Notes under the pieces: model-generated
Database searches by the model: none
Told to the model about the DNA's origin: nothing
What the model saw: the letters and a program-made list of their open reading frames with translations, nothing else
Program-made: the position numbers and the translations under genes
Shown: positions 49,517 to 59,546 of the stretch, piece by piece
Numbering within the stretch: position 1 is the first letter of the stretch
Layout of the letters: every line of letters begins with the position of its first letter
Assembly: GCA_900539605.1 (NCBI GenBank)
Contig: UQCS01000001.1
Location: 17,169 to 81,168, forward strand
Reading direction: 5' to 3'
Source of the DNA: an uncultured Azospirillum sp.
Lineage (GTDB): Bacteria > Pseudomonadota > Alphaproteobacteria > RF32 > CAG-239
DNA: 64,000 nt

Positions 49517-49996
49517 ATGTCTGATCCATTGTCAAATGAGCAGGAACACGGCCGTAGTCGAGTCGGACTGCCCAAAGAACTGAATGCTCTGGTTACCAAC
49601 TTCTTTAGCCGCTGGCTTGATTTTTCGGCAGAAAAAAATGCGGTTTCACCCAACCAGCCCAAAGTTGAAATAACCGAAAACCAAAATGAAGTGGTGGTTC
49701 GCGCTGAAATGCCGGGTGTCCAGGAAGACGATATTGATTTGGAAATGTCTTCGGACGGTTACCTCGCCATTTCGGGCGAAAGAAAACAGGAACAACAGGA
49801 AGAAAACCATGACAGCTATTTTTCTGAATTTTCTTACGGGTCTTTTTGCCGTTGTATTCCGCTGCCGTGGGATCTGAAGCTTGACGAAGCTCAGGCAGAT
49901 TTTGAAAACGGCATTTTGCGTATTGTTTTTCCCAAGTCTCCCGACGAACAAAACAAGAAACGAAAAATTGCCATCAGCCGCAAACAGCCCCAATAA
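49517..49996 (+). CDS. Hsp20/alpha-crystallin family small heat-shock protein
   Basis: ACD core (VVVRAEMPGVQEDDIDLEM ... GILRIVFPK). Confidence 0.85.
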   Translation: MSDPLSNEQEHGRSRVGLPKELNALVTNFFSRWLDFSAEKNAVSPNQPKVEITENQNEVVVRAEMPGVQEDDIDLEMSSDGYLAISGERKQEQQEENHDSYFSEFSYGSFCRCIPLPWDLKLDEAQADFENGILRIVFPKSPDEQNKKRKIAISRKQPQ

Positions 49997-50054
49997 CAAA
50001 AAACAACCCCGATTCCGTCTTGTGACGGTATCGGGGGCTTGAAAAAAAGCGGCG

Positions 50055-50357
50055 TTATAAACGTCCCATTTGCTTAAGAGTGCGGGCGATTCCGCAGCAA
50101 GTATCGCGCAGCGAAGAATCGGCGTTCCACCCATCCTGATCGTTAACATACATATCCAGTTTTTTGTCAACGGCGATCAGGACAAAAGCCATGTCCAACG
50201 AATCGGCATCGAGGTCATTTTTCCAGCGGGCACTGAGAATAAGTTTCTTTTCTTCGCAATGGACCGTTTCGGCAATAATGTCTTTGATCTGGTCCAACAC
50301 CTGCTGTGCTTCCTGCTCGCTTATCGCGGCTTGTTCGATAATTTTGTTTTCTTGCAT
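50055..50357 (-). CDS. Acyl-carrier-protein-like small protein
   Basis: DLDADSLDMAFVLIA resembles the ACP DSL phosphopantetheine site. Confidence 0.5.
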   Translation of the reverse strand: MQENKIIEQAAISEQEAQQVLDQIKDIIAETVHCEEKKLILSARWKNDLDADSLDMAFVLIAVDKKLDMYVNDQDGWNADSSLRDTCCGIARTLKQMGRL

Positions 50358-50471
50358 AAATTGTTATATTAAAAATTGTATATCAGCGGTTATTTATAGC
50401 ACCAATCGGTTTTTTGTCAATCTGTCAAATATATTTTGTTCGCTAAACGTCCCAGTCGCCAGGGCAAGGCC

Positions 50472-50975
50472 TCAGACTGTCAGCGCTGCCGTTTTCAAAG
50501 GAACGATTTTTTGCAACTCGGTTATCGAAGTCTCGACCTGAAAGCCGATTTTGCCGGCACTGAAAATAACGGTTGCAAATCCGACGGCGGTTTCGTCGAT
50601 AAAAGTCGGGAAAGTTTTTTTCATCCCGATCGGTGAACAGCCGCCGTGGATATATCCGGTTAATCCCAGCAGTTCTTTGGACTTGACCATTTCCACCGCT
50701 TTTTCCCCGGCTGCCACGGCAGCTTTTTTTAAATCCAACTCTTCGGCAACCGGAATCATAAACACATAATTCTGACGTGATTTGCCAACGGTTACCAAAG
50801 TTTTGAACACTTGCTTCGGATTTTGTCCGAGAACGGTCGCTACTTCAATTCCGCTCAGGGCAATTGTGCCGTCATAACGGTATGAACGATAAAACGCCTT
50901 ATGCTTGTCCAGCAGTCTCATTGCGTTGGTTTTAACTTCCATTGTTTTTACTCCGTTTTCTTTTTCGAAAATCAT
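50472..50975 (-). CDS. ybaK: Cys-tRNA(Pro)/Cys-tRNA(Cys) deacylase YbaK
   Basis: YbaK/EbsC family similarity along its length; start may be M at 50942. Confidence 0.8.
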   Translation of the reverse strand: MIFEKENGVKTMEVKTNAMRLLDKHKAFYRSYRYDGTIALSGIEVATVLGQNPKQVFKTLVTVGKSRQNYVFMIPVAEELDLKKAAVAAGEKAVEMVKSKELLGLTGYIHGGCSPIGMKKTFPTFIDETAVGFATVIFSAGKIGFQVETSITELQKIVPLKTAALTV

Positions 50976-51105
50976 ACCATAAGTTAGAAGAGATTCGCCG
51001 ATAGTTCAACATTGAATTAACGATAAAACCAATGTCTAGTAAAAACAATGAGTTCGTGGGGTTGTTTTAGCCGATTGACAGTACATATTATTTCTAAATA
51101 AGGAG

Positions 51106-51303
51106 GTGGCCCCTATGAGTGATTTAAAAATTTTGATTCATAACCTTGCCGACCTTGCGCCGGATTACGACCGCAGGCATCATTACCGAGTCGTGGATAT
51201 TATGGTTGAGCACTGGTCGGAGCAACACTATATTACTTATAATTATGCAGAAAAAAAACTTCAGGTTCAGATCCGCAAAGATACGCCTTTTTTCAAAAAC
51301 TGA
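51106..51303 (+). CDS. Small hypothetical protein (65 aa)
   Basis: Strong SD aaggaggt 6 nt before the ATG. Confidence 0.45.
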   Translation: MAPMSDLKILIHNLADLAPDYDRRHHYRVVDIMVEHWSEQHYITYNYAEKKLQVQIRKDTPFFKN

Positions 51304-51492
51304 TTTGCACCTTGAACCGAGTTGGAAATGAATCCTACTAAAACAAATGATTAGCGGCAAATTATTCCTCCTTATCCGTGTACTTATTTTTGGTTAACTC
51401 GATCCGAATTTTACCTACTACCGCAATTTGACGGCTATGATAAAATCGTTTTGTAACCTAAAAACAATTCCATAAGTGAAGGAGGACAAAAA

Positions 51493-51726
51493 ATGGGACA
51501 GGATATCAGAAAAAAGTTAATACAGAATACGGACGACGAGCGTGATATCATGTTAATCGGTAAAATATACAAAAGCTTTGAGGCTCTGGAAGAAACACTC
51601 GGAAAACTGCAACTTGAAGAGCCTCTGTTTATTACCTATATGGCAAAAAAATCTTTTGCCGATACCGTTTTTTCACAAATAAAACATAATAACGAAAAAG
51701 CCCAGGTTCAACGCCTGATCAACTAG
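51493..51726 (+). CDS. Small hypothetical protein (77 aa)
   Basis: Strong SD gaaggagga before the ATG. Confidence 0.45.
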   Translation: MGQDIRKKLIQNTDDERDIMLIGKIYKSFEALEETLGKLQLEEPLFITYMAKKSFADTVFSQIKHNNEKAQVQRLIN

Positions 51727-53126
51727 TCGGCTTTTTTCCATGTGGTTCCGGCGGGCGTGTCTTCCAGAACAATTCCGGCATTTTTCAACCGGTTGCGGAT
51801 TTCGTCGGCTTTGGCATAATCTTTTGATTTTTTAGCCAACGCACGTTCTTCAATCAGCTTGTTTATCTGATCTTCGCCGATCAAATCCGCCGCGCCGCCC
51901 TTAAACCAGCTTTCGGGATCCTGATAAAGCAGCCCCAGAATTTCGGCCGAAGCCAACAACAGGGATTTGTATTTCTGCTTTTCGGCATCCGTCTCGGCTT
52001 TGTTAAGACTGTTTACGATATCGTGAAGATAAGAAATTGCCAGCGGCGTATTGATATCATCGCAAAGCGCCGCAACAACCCGTTCGTCAGGCGTAACATT
52101 TTCGGCAACAATGCCGGCAACTCGCAACAACGCGTTATAAAACTTATCCAAAACCGTTTTCGCCTGTTTCAGACCGTCAAAAGTAAAATTAAACGGCTGA
52201 TGATAGTGGGTACTGATAAACAGCAGCCGCAGCGCTTCCGCCGGATATTCTCCGATCAGTTGGTTGACGGTATAGAAGTTGCCCAAAGACTTTGACATCT
52301 TGACACCGTCAACCATCAGCATTCCGGCATGTACCCAGTAACGGGCAAAACAATCATCGGGATGGGCGCACATTGACTGAGCGCATTCGTTCTCATGATG
52401 AGGAAATATCAGATCGGAGCCGCCGCCATGGATGTCAAACGAGTTGCCGAGATATTTTGAACTCATGGCCGAGCATTCCAAATGCCAGCCCGGACGTCCG
52501 AAACCCCAAGGGCTGTCCCAGCCCGGCTGTCCTGCCTCTGAGGGCTTCCACAAAATAAAATCGGCCGGATTTTTCTTATAATCGGCAACATCAATCCGGG
52601 CGCCAGCCAGCATTTCTTTCATGCTTCGGCCCGACAAATAACCATAATTTTTCATCGAATCGACAGCAAACAGAACATGCCCCTCGGCCTCGTAGGCATG
52701 ACCGTTTTTCAGCAACAGTTTCACCAGCTCAATCATCTCGCCGACAAACTCGGTTGCCCGCGGCCGATAATCGGGATCCGCTACGTTCAACGCATGCATG
52801 TCATCCAGATACCACTGATAGGTTTCGCGGGTAATTTCGCTGATCGGTTTGCCGGTTTCCTGATGCTTGTTGAGAATCTTGTCGTCAATATCGGTGATGT
52901 TGGAAACGTAAACAACATTTTGCTTGCCGTAAACCTGGCGCAAAACCCGGTTCAAAATGTCAAAAACGACGGCGGATTTGGCATTGCCGAGATGGGCGCG
53001 ATCATAGACCGTCGGCCCGCAAACGTACATACGCACCTTTTGGGAATCCAAAGGCACAAACTTTTCTTTGCGCCGGGTTAGAGTGTTATGTAAATACATT
53101 TCCTGCATCTGTCCTCTCCTATGCAT
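51723..53126 (-). CDS. cysS: Cysteine--tRNA ligase
   Basis: HIGH (HLGNAKS) and KMSKS motifs; Zn-binding Cys residues. Confidence 0.95.
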   Translation of the reverse strand: MHRRGQMQEMYLHNTLTRRKEKFVPLDSQKVRMYVCGPTVYDRAHLGNAKSAVVFDILNRVLRQVYGKQNVVYVSNITDIDDKILNKHQETGKPISEITRETYQWYLDDMHALNVADPDYRPRATEFVGEMIELVKLLLKNGHAYEAEGHVLFAVDSMKNYGYLSGRSMKEMLAGARIDVADYKKNPADFILWKPSEAGQPGWDSPWGFGRPGWHLECSAMSSKYLGNSFDIHGGGSDLIFPHHENECAQSMCAHPDDCFARYWVHAGMLMVDGVKMSKSLGNFYTVNQLIGEYPAEALRLLFISTHYHQPFNFTFDGLKQAKTVLDKFYNALLRVAGIVAENVTPDERVVAALCDDINTPLAISYLHDIVNSLNKAETDAEKQKYKSLLLASAEILGLLYQDPESWFKGGAADLIGEDQINKLIEERALAKKSKDYAKADEIRNRLKNAGIVLEDTPAGTTWKKAD

Positions 53127-54441
53127 TTTGTCCGCTCAGGCGGCGATAAACTCTTTCGCGACCGATCAACGGCAGTAAAAATTTCAATTCCGGACCGTTT
53201 TCCATCGCAGTGATGGCTTTGCGCAAAGGATGAAACAAATCTTTTCCCTTGCGCCCGGTCTGCTGTTTTATCTGTTCAATCCAGTTTTTAAACGTCTCTT
53301 CATCCCACGGTTCCGGGGGCAATAATGCCGCCGCCGCGTCGGACAGGGACTTGTCCTCAATAACCGGCATAACCGGTTTTTGACAGATGGCCTGCCAAAC
53401 TTCAATATCTTTCAACACTGTCAGATTTCCGCGCACCGCATTCCAAAAAGCTTCGTCGACCTCCACTCGGTCCCGTACTGCCTGGTAATCCAAACTACGT
53501 ACCAGCCGGATATTAAAATGCTGCAGATCCTGCTCGCAAAACTTCGGCTGAGCACGCCCCAGTTTATCAAAATCCAGACTTTCGGCCAAAACCCGAAGAT
53601 CGGCATAGGGCTCGATTGCCTCCGAAGTTCCTAATTTGGCCAAGTACGAACAAATAGCCATCGCTTCTATACCTTCCGCACGCAAGTCGGCAACGCCGAT
53701 TGATCCCAGACGTTTGGAAAGTTTTCCTTCTTTTCCGGTCAAAAGCGGCAGATGGGCAAAAACCGGCACCGCACCGCCGACCGCTTCAAACATTCTGATT
53801 TGGGAAGCCGTGTTGGTTACATGATCTTCACCACGAACAATGTGGGTGATTGAAAAATCAATATCATCAATCACCGACGGCAGGTGATATAAATAACTGC
53901 CGTCTTCACGGATAACAACCGGGTCACTCAAATTTTCCGCCCGGTAGTGACAACGCCCTCGCACCATATCTTCCCAAACAATATCGCCGGCCGTCAGCTT
54001 GAAACGATAATGCGGCTTGCGTCCTTCGGCCCGATAGGCTGCAATTTGAGCCTCGCTCAACGACAAGGCCCGACGGTCATAAATTGGCGGCAATCCTTTG
54101 GTCAACAAGCTTTTGCGCATCAGTTCCAACTCTTCGGGCGTTTCAAAGCAGGGGTAAATCAACCCGTCTTTAATCAATTTGGCCGTCACTTCCCGATAAC
54201 GTTCAAAACGTGCCGATTGACGTGCTTCCTCTTTCCAGTTCAAGCCAAGCCATTTTAGGGCATCGCGGATAGCTGTTTCATATTCGGGCTTGGAACGTTC
54301 CTTATCGGTATCGTCAATCCGCAACATAAATTCGCCACCCAATTTTTGAGCCAGCAACCAGTTAAATAAAGCTGTTCTGGTATTGCCGATATGCATATAT
54401 CCGGTCGGCGACGGTGCAAATCTGACTTTTATTTTTGACAT
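53119..54441 (-). CDS. gltX: Glutamate--tRNA ligase
   Basis: HIGN motif in FAPSPTGYMHIGN; KLSKR (KMSKS). Start chosen at M 54441; the track gives 54504. Confidence 0.9.
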   Translation of the reverse strand: MSKIKVRFAPSPTGYMHIGNTRTALFNWLLAQKLGGEFMLRIDDTDKERSKPEYETAIRDALKWLGLNWKEEARQSARFERYREVTAKLIKDGLIYPCFETPEELELMRKSLLTKGLPPIYDRRALSLSEAQIAAYRAEGRKPHYRFKLTAGDIVWEDMVRGRCHYRAENLSDPVVIREDGSYLYHLPSVIDDIDFSITHIVRGEDHVTNTASQIRMFEAVGGAVPVFAHLPLLTGKEGKLSKRLGSIGVADLRAEGIEAMAICSYLAKLGTSEAIEPYADLRVLAESLDFDKLGRAQPKFCEQDLQHFNIRLVRSLDYQAVRDRVEVDEAFWNAVRGNLTVLKDIEVWQAICQKPVMPVIEDKSLSDAAAALLPPEPWDEETFKNWIEQIKQQTGRKGKDLFHPLRKAITAMENGPELKFLLPLIGRERVYRRLSGQNA

Positions 54442-54592
54442 TTGAGTTTTCCCCGCTAATTTTGAACAATTGCTGAGTATATAAGCATCCCCGGACGATT
54501 TCAAGATTTTTTTGCCTTAAAACGATCACTGCCAATGACAGGGCGGCCAAGATACAAAGAATAAAAAACCCCGGAAGATCCGGGGTTTTTTA

Positions 54593-55411
54593 TTATGCTT
54601 CAACCACTGCCGGTTTGGCCTTTTTGGCTCTGGTTGCTTTTTTGGCCTTGGCTGCCGCTTTTTTCTTTTCGGCCACCTTTTTCTCAGTCGCTTTCTTTTT
54701 GGCAGCAGCTTTTTTTTCGGCCGCCTTTTTCTTTTCCGCGGCTTTTTTGGCAGCGGCTTTTTCCTTTTCCGCCGCTTTTTTCAAAGCTGCTTTCTTTTTG
54801 GCGGCAGCTTTTTCTGCCGATTTCATCACTTTTTTACCGGTTGCCTTTTTCTTTTTGACTGTCTTTTTCTTCGGTTGACTTTTCTGTTCATTCCACTTTT
54901 TCGAAACCGCAATTGCATCGTCAAGATCTTTTTCTTTACACAAACCGATCGCTACCGGATTTTTGGGACGCAGATTAGCCATATCACGATGCGTTCCGTC
55001 ACGCAGGGCGGCAATGGTCGGCTTGGTGGTTCCGATCAGTTTACAAATCTGAGAATCGATAATTTCGGGACAATTGCGGAGAATCCACAAAATGGCAGCC
55101 GGTTTGTCGCTGCGTTGAGACGGCGACAGCACTTTTTTGTTTTTGCTGTTTTGGACTTTGACGTTTCGTTCCGGTTCAACCGCCGTTAACGAAGCTGCCG
55201 CGTTTTTTTCGCAACGGGCAATTTCCTCTTCGGTCAACTGACCGGCAGTTACCGGATTGAGACCGACAATATTAAACGCAACGTCACCGTCGGCAATCGC
55301 CTGTACTTCCAATTCATGCAGTTCGCAAAAATCGCCGATTTGTTTAAATGTTAAAGTTGTATTTTCAACCAGCCAGACGGCGGTTGCCTTAGGCATTAAC
55401 GGAGCTGTCAT
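54593..55411 (-). CDS. Conserved alphaproteobacterial DUF1013-like protein with Lys/Ala-rich histone-H1-like C-terminal tail
   Basis: N-terminus MTAPLMPKATAVWLVENTTLTFKQIGDFC; about 100-aa AKKAAEKK repeat tail. Confidence 0.55.
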   Translation of the reverse strand: MTAPLMPKATAVWLVENTTLTFKQIGDFCELHELEVQAIADGDVAFNIVGLNPVTAGQLTEEEIARCEKNAAASLTAVEPERNVKVQNSKNKKVLSPSQRSDKPAAILWILRNCPEIIDSQICKLIGTTKPTIAALRDGTHRDMANLRPKNPVAIGLCKEKDLDDAIAVSKKWNEQKSQPKKKTVKKKKATGKKVMKSAEKAAAKKKAALKKAAEKEKAAAKKAAEKKKAAEKKAAAKKKATEKKVAEKKKAAAKAKKATRAKKAKPAVVEA

Positions 55412-55522
55412 TATTTTGTCCTTTCTTTTTGTTTTCAGCGCACAGATTTTGTGAGCAAAAAACCCACATTCGTTGATAGAATGCAGGTTAATTGAAAAAA
55501 TTTAAGATAGTATTAAAAAATA

Positions 55523-55759
55523 CTATTCGCTGTCGGAAGTTTTGAGACCGAAAGCACCAAATTTATTCTTAAACTTGGACAACTGACCGCCGGTATCAAC
55601 CAGACGATAAACGCCGGTCCAGGCCGGGTGCGATTTCGGATCAATTTCCAAAGTCATTTTGTCTCCGGCTTTTCCCCAGGTCGATCTGGTGGTGGCGACG
55701 CTGCCGTCACTCATTACATAAGTAATCTCATGATAATCCGGATGAATACCTTTTTTCAT
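55523..55759 (-). CDS. rpmE: 50S ribosomal protein L31
   Basis: [12 protein letters not shown]... canonical L31 N-terminus. Confidence 0.9.
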   Translation of the reverse strand: MKKGIHPDYHEITYVMSDGSVATTRSTWGKAGDKMTLEIDPKSHPAWTGVYRLVDTGGQLSKFKNKFGAFGLKTSDSE

Positions 55760-55855
55760 CTTATTTTCTCCATAACGAATTGCTAGTTGCCGCTTTTATA
55801 CATTAGAGTTTGGAATAAAGCAAGCATTAATTTTAATTTTTTTCCCGATTTCAAA

Positions 55856-56716
55856 TCAGTCGGCTTCTTCCGTCACTTCAGCGGTATTTTTTCTCAAATG
55901 ATTGTCCGTATTTATAATTCGGATACTGAAGTTGGTATAACCGCGTGTCATCAGATAGGAACGAACGGCAACCGCCCGGTTTAAATTCAGCCGTTTGCTC
56001 TTAAAGCTGTTTTCACCGTCATCATAATTGAAAGCGGAAATGATAATTTTATTGCTGCCGGGTTGTCGAAAACCATCGGCCAACTCAGCCAGTTTTTCCA
56101 AATTCTCTGAAGACAAATCCGAACGGCCGGGCATAAATACGATTGTATCGGCCGCAATTACGGGCTCACCGACCGGGATTAAAGGCTCAAGCAGCTCGGG
56201 CGCCTTCTCTTGGCGCAGCGGAAGCAAATCCGCAACGGCAGGCCGCCTGTTCTCTTCCCCGGCAACATCCGGTTTTTCTTTCATAACCGCCGTTTCCGCA
56301 ACGTCTTTTAAAACCGGTTCTGTTACCGGAGCAGCAACCGGCAAGACAGCCGGAATTGTTTTTCCAACCGCCGGTTCGGACAAACGCGTCAGCAACGAAT
56401 CAGCGGCTGTTTCTTTGACAACAGCAGCCGGTTTGGATGGCGGCGGCGTTGTCGGCGCTTGCGGAAACTTCGGTTTTGACGGCTGCAGCGGCACCGTTCT
56501 CGGCGCCGCTTTCTGCTTGGGTTTATGGTGAGGACGAACAACGTCCGGATGCGGCAACGACTGCAAAGAAAAAGCGTCAAACGGCAATTGACGGAATTCG
56601 GAAGAGCCGCTGTCAATTTGATCCAACACCGAAAGATCGACATATACTTCCTGTGCGACAGCCGCGGACATCAAAAAGCAACCGGAAACCGACAACAACA
56701 GTCTTAATTTGCGCAT
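55856..56716 (-). CDS. OmpA-family protein with proline-rich linker
   Basis: Signal peptide MRKLRLLLSVSGCFLMSAAVAQ; Pro-rich middle; C-terminal OmpA-like NLNRAVAVRSYL. Confidence 0.6.
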   Translation of the reverse strand: MRKLRLLLSVSGCFLMSAAVAQEVYVDLSVLDQIDSGSSEFRQLPFDAFSLQSLPHPDVVRPHHKPKQKAAPRTVPLQPSKPKFPQAPTTPPPSKPAAVVKETAADSLLTRLSEPAVGKTIPAVLPVAAPVTEPVLKDVAETAVMKEKPDVAGEENRRPAVADLLPLRQEKAPELLEPLIPVGEPVIAADTIVFMPGRSDLSSENLEKLAELADGFRQPGSNKIIISAFNYDDGENSFKSKRLNLNRAVAVRSYLMTRGYTNFSIRIINTDNHLRKNTAEVTEEAD

Positions 56717-56738
56717 CGTGCCTCCCCGACGTTTTTTA

Positions 56739-57539
56739 TTATCCGGCCAAGCGGACAACCAAAGCTTCCAACGAAGCGTTGGTCGCTGCAATTTGATCGG
56801 AAACAATGACCTGCTCGATTTTTTCGGGTGCAAATTCGGCACGTTTCAGGTTATAAACGTATCCGCCGGCTTCGCGCACCAGCAACAAACCGGCCGCGAC
56901 GGCATTCAGATGATTGCCGAGACTGAGACAGGCGTCGAATTTACCGGCGGCAACATTTGCCATCTCGAGCGATACCGAACCCAAAACGCGAACATTATCG
57001 GTTTCGGCAAACAAATCGCGATAAGCGGCGGTATATTCAGCACTGCCGTGCTGGAAACCGATCTGAGCACTGACCAGCGCCTGAGCCGGTTCTTTGGTGG
57101 CCGAAACGCGCAGACGCTCATGATTGCGAAAACCTTCCTTATAAGCGCCGTTGCCTTTTTCGGCAAAATACAATTCATCGCTGGCACGGTTGTAAACAAC
57201 CGATGCTTTGACCTCGCCATTCTCACAGTAAGCAACCGTGGTTGCAAACAACGGCATGCCGCGAATAAAATTGCCGATGCCGTCAATCGGATTGACCATA
57301 AAACAGGCCCCCCGCCCCAACGGCTGGTTGTTTTCGACAAACGCCGCATCGGGACGAATCCGCATCAGTTCGTTGCGCAGAGTTTGAGAAACTTTTTCAA
57401 ACGAACGGGTGACAAAGGTCTGGTAATTGCGGACCGAAGACTGAAGTTTTTCAATTTCGCTGAAATCGCGGTCCAGCGACGAGGTAGCCTTCTTAACCGC
57501 ATTAACCAGCAAAGTCAGTGTAGGAGAAAGATATGACAT
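56739..57539 (-). CDS. suhB: Inositol monophosphatase family protein
   Basis: IMPase motifs (DPIDGT-like INPIDGIGNF, WDxAAG-like). Confidence 0.85.
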   Translation of the reverse strand: MSYLSPTLTLLVNAVKKATSSLDRDFSEIEKLQSSVRNYQTFVTRSFEKVSQTLRNELMRIRPDAAFVENNQPLGRGACFMVNPIDGIGNFIRGMPLFATTVAYCENGEVKASVVYNRASDELYFAEKGNGAYKEGFRNHERLRVSATKEPAQALVSAQIGFQHGSAEYTAAYRDLFAETDNVRVLGSVSLEMANVAAGKFDACLSLGNHLNAVAAGLLLVREAGGYVYNLKRAEFAPEKIEQVIVSDQIAATNASLEALVVRLAG

Positions 57540-58102
57540 TATTTGGCTCTTTCAATATAGTTGGCTTCGGCAGTACCGACTACAACTTTTTCGCCCTGAT
57601 TGATAAACGGCGGTACCATGATTCTGACGCCGTTATCCAAAATTGCCGGCTTATAAGAAGAAGCCGCCGTTTGTCCCTTGACCACCGGTTCGGTTTCGGC
57701 AATGGTGCAAACAACCTGCTGCGGCAATTCGACCGCAACCGGACGACCGTCGATAAAGTTGATATAAACCGTCATGCCTTCAACCATAAACGGACGTGCA
57801 TCGCCGAGGATATCAGCGGGCATAACAAATTGTTCAAAAGTTTCCGAATCCATAAAAGTGAGCCCAAGCGCATCTTCATAAAGGAACTGGCAGTCCTTTT
57901 CTTCAACCATCAGTTTTTCAACCGTATCTTCGGAACGGAAACGCTCGTTGGTCTTGGTTCCTTCCTCGACCGACTTCATTTCGACCTGCATAAACGCACC
58001 GCCTTTGCCCGGTTTGATGTGCGTTGCCTTGACAATCGTCCACGGTTTACCTTTATATTCGATAACCCAGCCAATTCTGATCGATACTGCTTGTTGCTTC
58101 AT
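57539..58102 (-). CDS. efp: Elongation factor P
   Basis: 187 aa; KPGKGGAF loop with the conserved Lys. Confidence 0.9.
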   Translation of the reverse strand: MKQQAVSIRIGWVIEYKGKPWTIVKATHIKPGKGGAFMQVEMKSVEEGTKTNERFRSEDTVEKLMVEEKDCQFLYEDALGLTFMDSETFEQFVMPADILGDARPFMVEGMTVYINFIDGRPVAVELPQQVVCTIAETEPVVKGQTAASSYKPAILDNGVRIMVPPFINQGEKVVVGTAEANYIERAK

Positions 58103-58158
58103 TCTTATTCACTCCTTAAATTTTGATTTTTGATTTTTATCGATAATTACTCTAATCT

Positions 58159-58692
58159 TTATTTTTTAGCAACTAAAATCTTATATGCTTCGGGACTTAA
58201 AATCGCCATATCACAAGGATAGGCCAAAGCGTCGGCATCTTCGTCTTCCGGTTCGACTGCCATCTGAAGCAGAAAGAACTCATGATACCATTCGGCCAGC
58301 TCACGGGTCTTTTCCGCACCGTCGCGCCAAATCTTAAATATAATAAAATCGGGCTCGTTTTCACTGACAATCATCGCTTCGTGGCGGCGATTGCGGCATA
58401 TTACTCCCAGAAAACGCGAACCGATTTGCCGCCGCAAGGCCGCCATATCCTTTTTTACGGCTGCGGAAGCCGACAAATCGGCAATTATTCCGTCGGCATT
58501 AAGACGCTGGCACAGCGTTGCGGCGTTTTCGCCTTCCAGCAAAGCGATCTTGCCGGCTTGGGCCGCACGCACCGTCTGTATGTGCAGATAATCTTCCGGC
58601 AACGCGGAAGAGAAAACGAAACATTCAAGATTCGGATCTTCGAGAAGAGCTTCGGCGCCCGGCCGACTGATTTTGATAATAAATTTTGGCAT
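58159..58692 (-). CDS. Hypothetical protein (177 aa)
   Basis: ORF with host-like GC; no confident family. Confidence 0.4.
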   Translation of the reverse strand: MPKFIIKISRPGAEALLEDPNLECFVFSSALPEDYLHIQTVRAAQAGKIALLEGENAATLCQRLNADGIIADLSASAAVKKDMAALRRQIGSRFLGVICRNRRHEAMIVSENEPDFIIFKIWRDGAEKTRELAEWYHEFFLLQMAVEPEDEDADALAYPCDMAILSPEAYKILVAKK

Positions 58693-58783
58693 ATTTGTTT
58701 TTGCTGCTTGAAAAAATAGTTAATGACCGATATTATGGGGAGATTATAAGCCAACCGCACAGAAAAGAAAGAGAAATTTTAGT

Positions 58784-58972
58784 ATGGATGTACAAATTTC
58801 ACATTTTCGGGCCACCATGCAGGTTCTTTCCGAGATTGAAGAAACGCTCGGTTTGCTGCAGTCGGCACTCGAAACCAAACAGGAAAACATTTCCCGTTTG
58901 AAAGAAACCGCGCGCCGCACGGTCGAACGGGTAGACGTTTTGATTAACAAACTTGACAAGACGGCAGATTAA
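58784..58972 (+). CDS. Small coiled-coil protein upstream of zapA (DUF4164-like)
   Basis: 62-aa coiled-coil immediately preceding zapA, a synteny typical of alphaproteobacteria. Confidence 0.5.
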   Translation: MDVQISHFRATMQVLSEIEETLGLLQSALETKQENISRLKETARRTVERVDVLINKLDKTAD

Positions 58973-58973
58973 A

Positions 58974-59321
58974 ATGGCACAGGTTACCATTACCATCAAT
59001 TCGCGCGAATATCCGATCGCCTGCGAAAGCGGACAGGAAGCACGCATCCTGCAACTGGCGGCTGTTTTGGAACAGAAAGCCCAGCTGCTTAAGCATATCA
59101 GCGGACAAATAAACGAAAACATGCTGTTGGCCATGATCGGCATTTTGGTCGCCGACGATCTGCTGGAGGCACGCAAAAACACGCCGGCACCGGCAGAACC
59201 GCAGATTTCCGCCACAGAAACCGAGCAAATGATTGCAGAGGCCGACCGTCTCATTGCCGAACGGCTTCGGGTTGTGGGAGAAACAATAAAAGCTGTTGCA
59301 AAACGGATTGAAACATTATAA
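58974..59321 (+). CDS. zapA: Cell division protein ZapA
   Basis: MAQVTITINSREYPIACESGQEARI matches the ZapA N-terminus; start adjusted to ATG 58974. Confidence 0.8.
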   Translation: MAQVTITINSREYPIACESGQEARILQLAAVLEQKAQLLKHISGQINENMLLAMIGILVADDLLEARKNTPAPAEPQISATETEQMIAEADRLIAERLRVVGETIKAVAKRIETL

Positions 59322-59332
59322 TATAAAGCTAT

Positions 59333-59498
59333 GGAGAGGTGACTGTCCGGTTCGTACTTCCGCAGATCTTCCGAGCCAACGTATTTAACCCGGGAATTGT
59401 CCCTGTCAGGATTGTGGTCCTGTCATATGATGCCCACTTATTGAGATGCGGTTCGAGACAGAATGTAACTATACGGCCGGACGGTTCTCTCTTTTTTT
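59333..59498 (+). ncRNA. ssrS: Candidate 6S RNA (SsrS)
   Basis: Conserved zapA-ssrS synteny. 5' GGAGAGGTGACTGTCCGG pairs with 3' CCGGACGGTTCTCTC to close the stem; followed by a T7 tract and a second hairpin-terminator. Confidence 0.5.
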
Positions 59499-59505
59499 AA
59501 TTTTC

Positions 59506-59530
59506 AACTCCGGCAGCCGGAGTTTTTTTA
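59506..59530 (+). terminator. Rho-independent terminator
   Basis: ctccggcagccggag hairpin followed by TTTTTTT. Confidence 0.6.
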
Positions 59531-59546
59531 ATTGACGGAGTGAACA

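Noticed and set aside
49646-50170. 174-aa minus ORF
   Set aside because: Antisense of the Hsp20 gene.
54595-55189. Several + strand ORFs (87-104 aa) with FFFS/AAAF repeats
   Set aside because: Antisense of the Lys/Ala-rich tail repeats.
56709-58126. 275-aa and 197-aa + ORFs
   Set aside because: Antisense of the suhB and efp genes.
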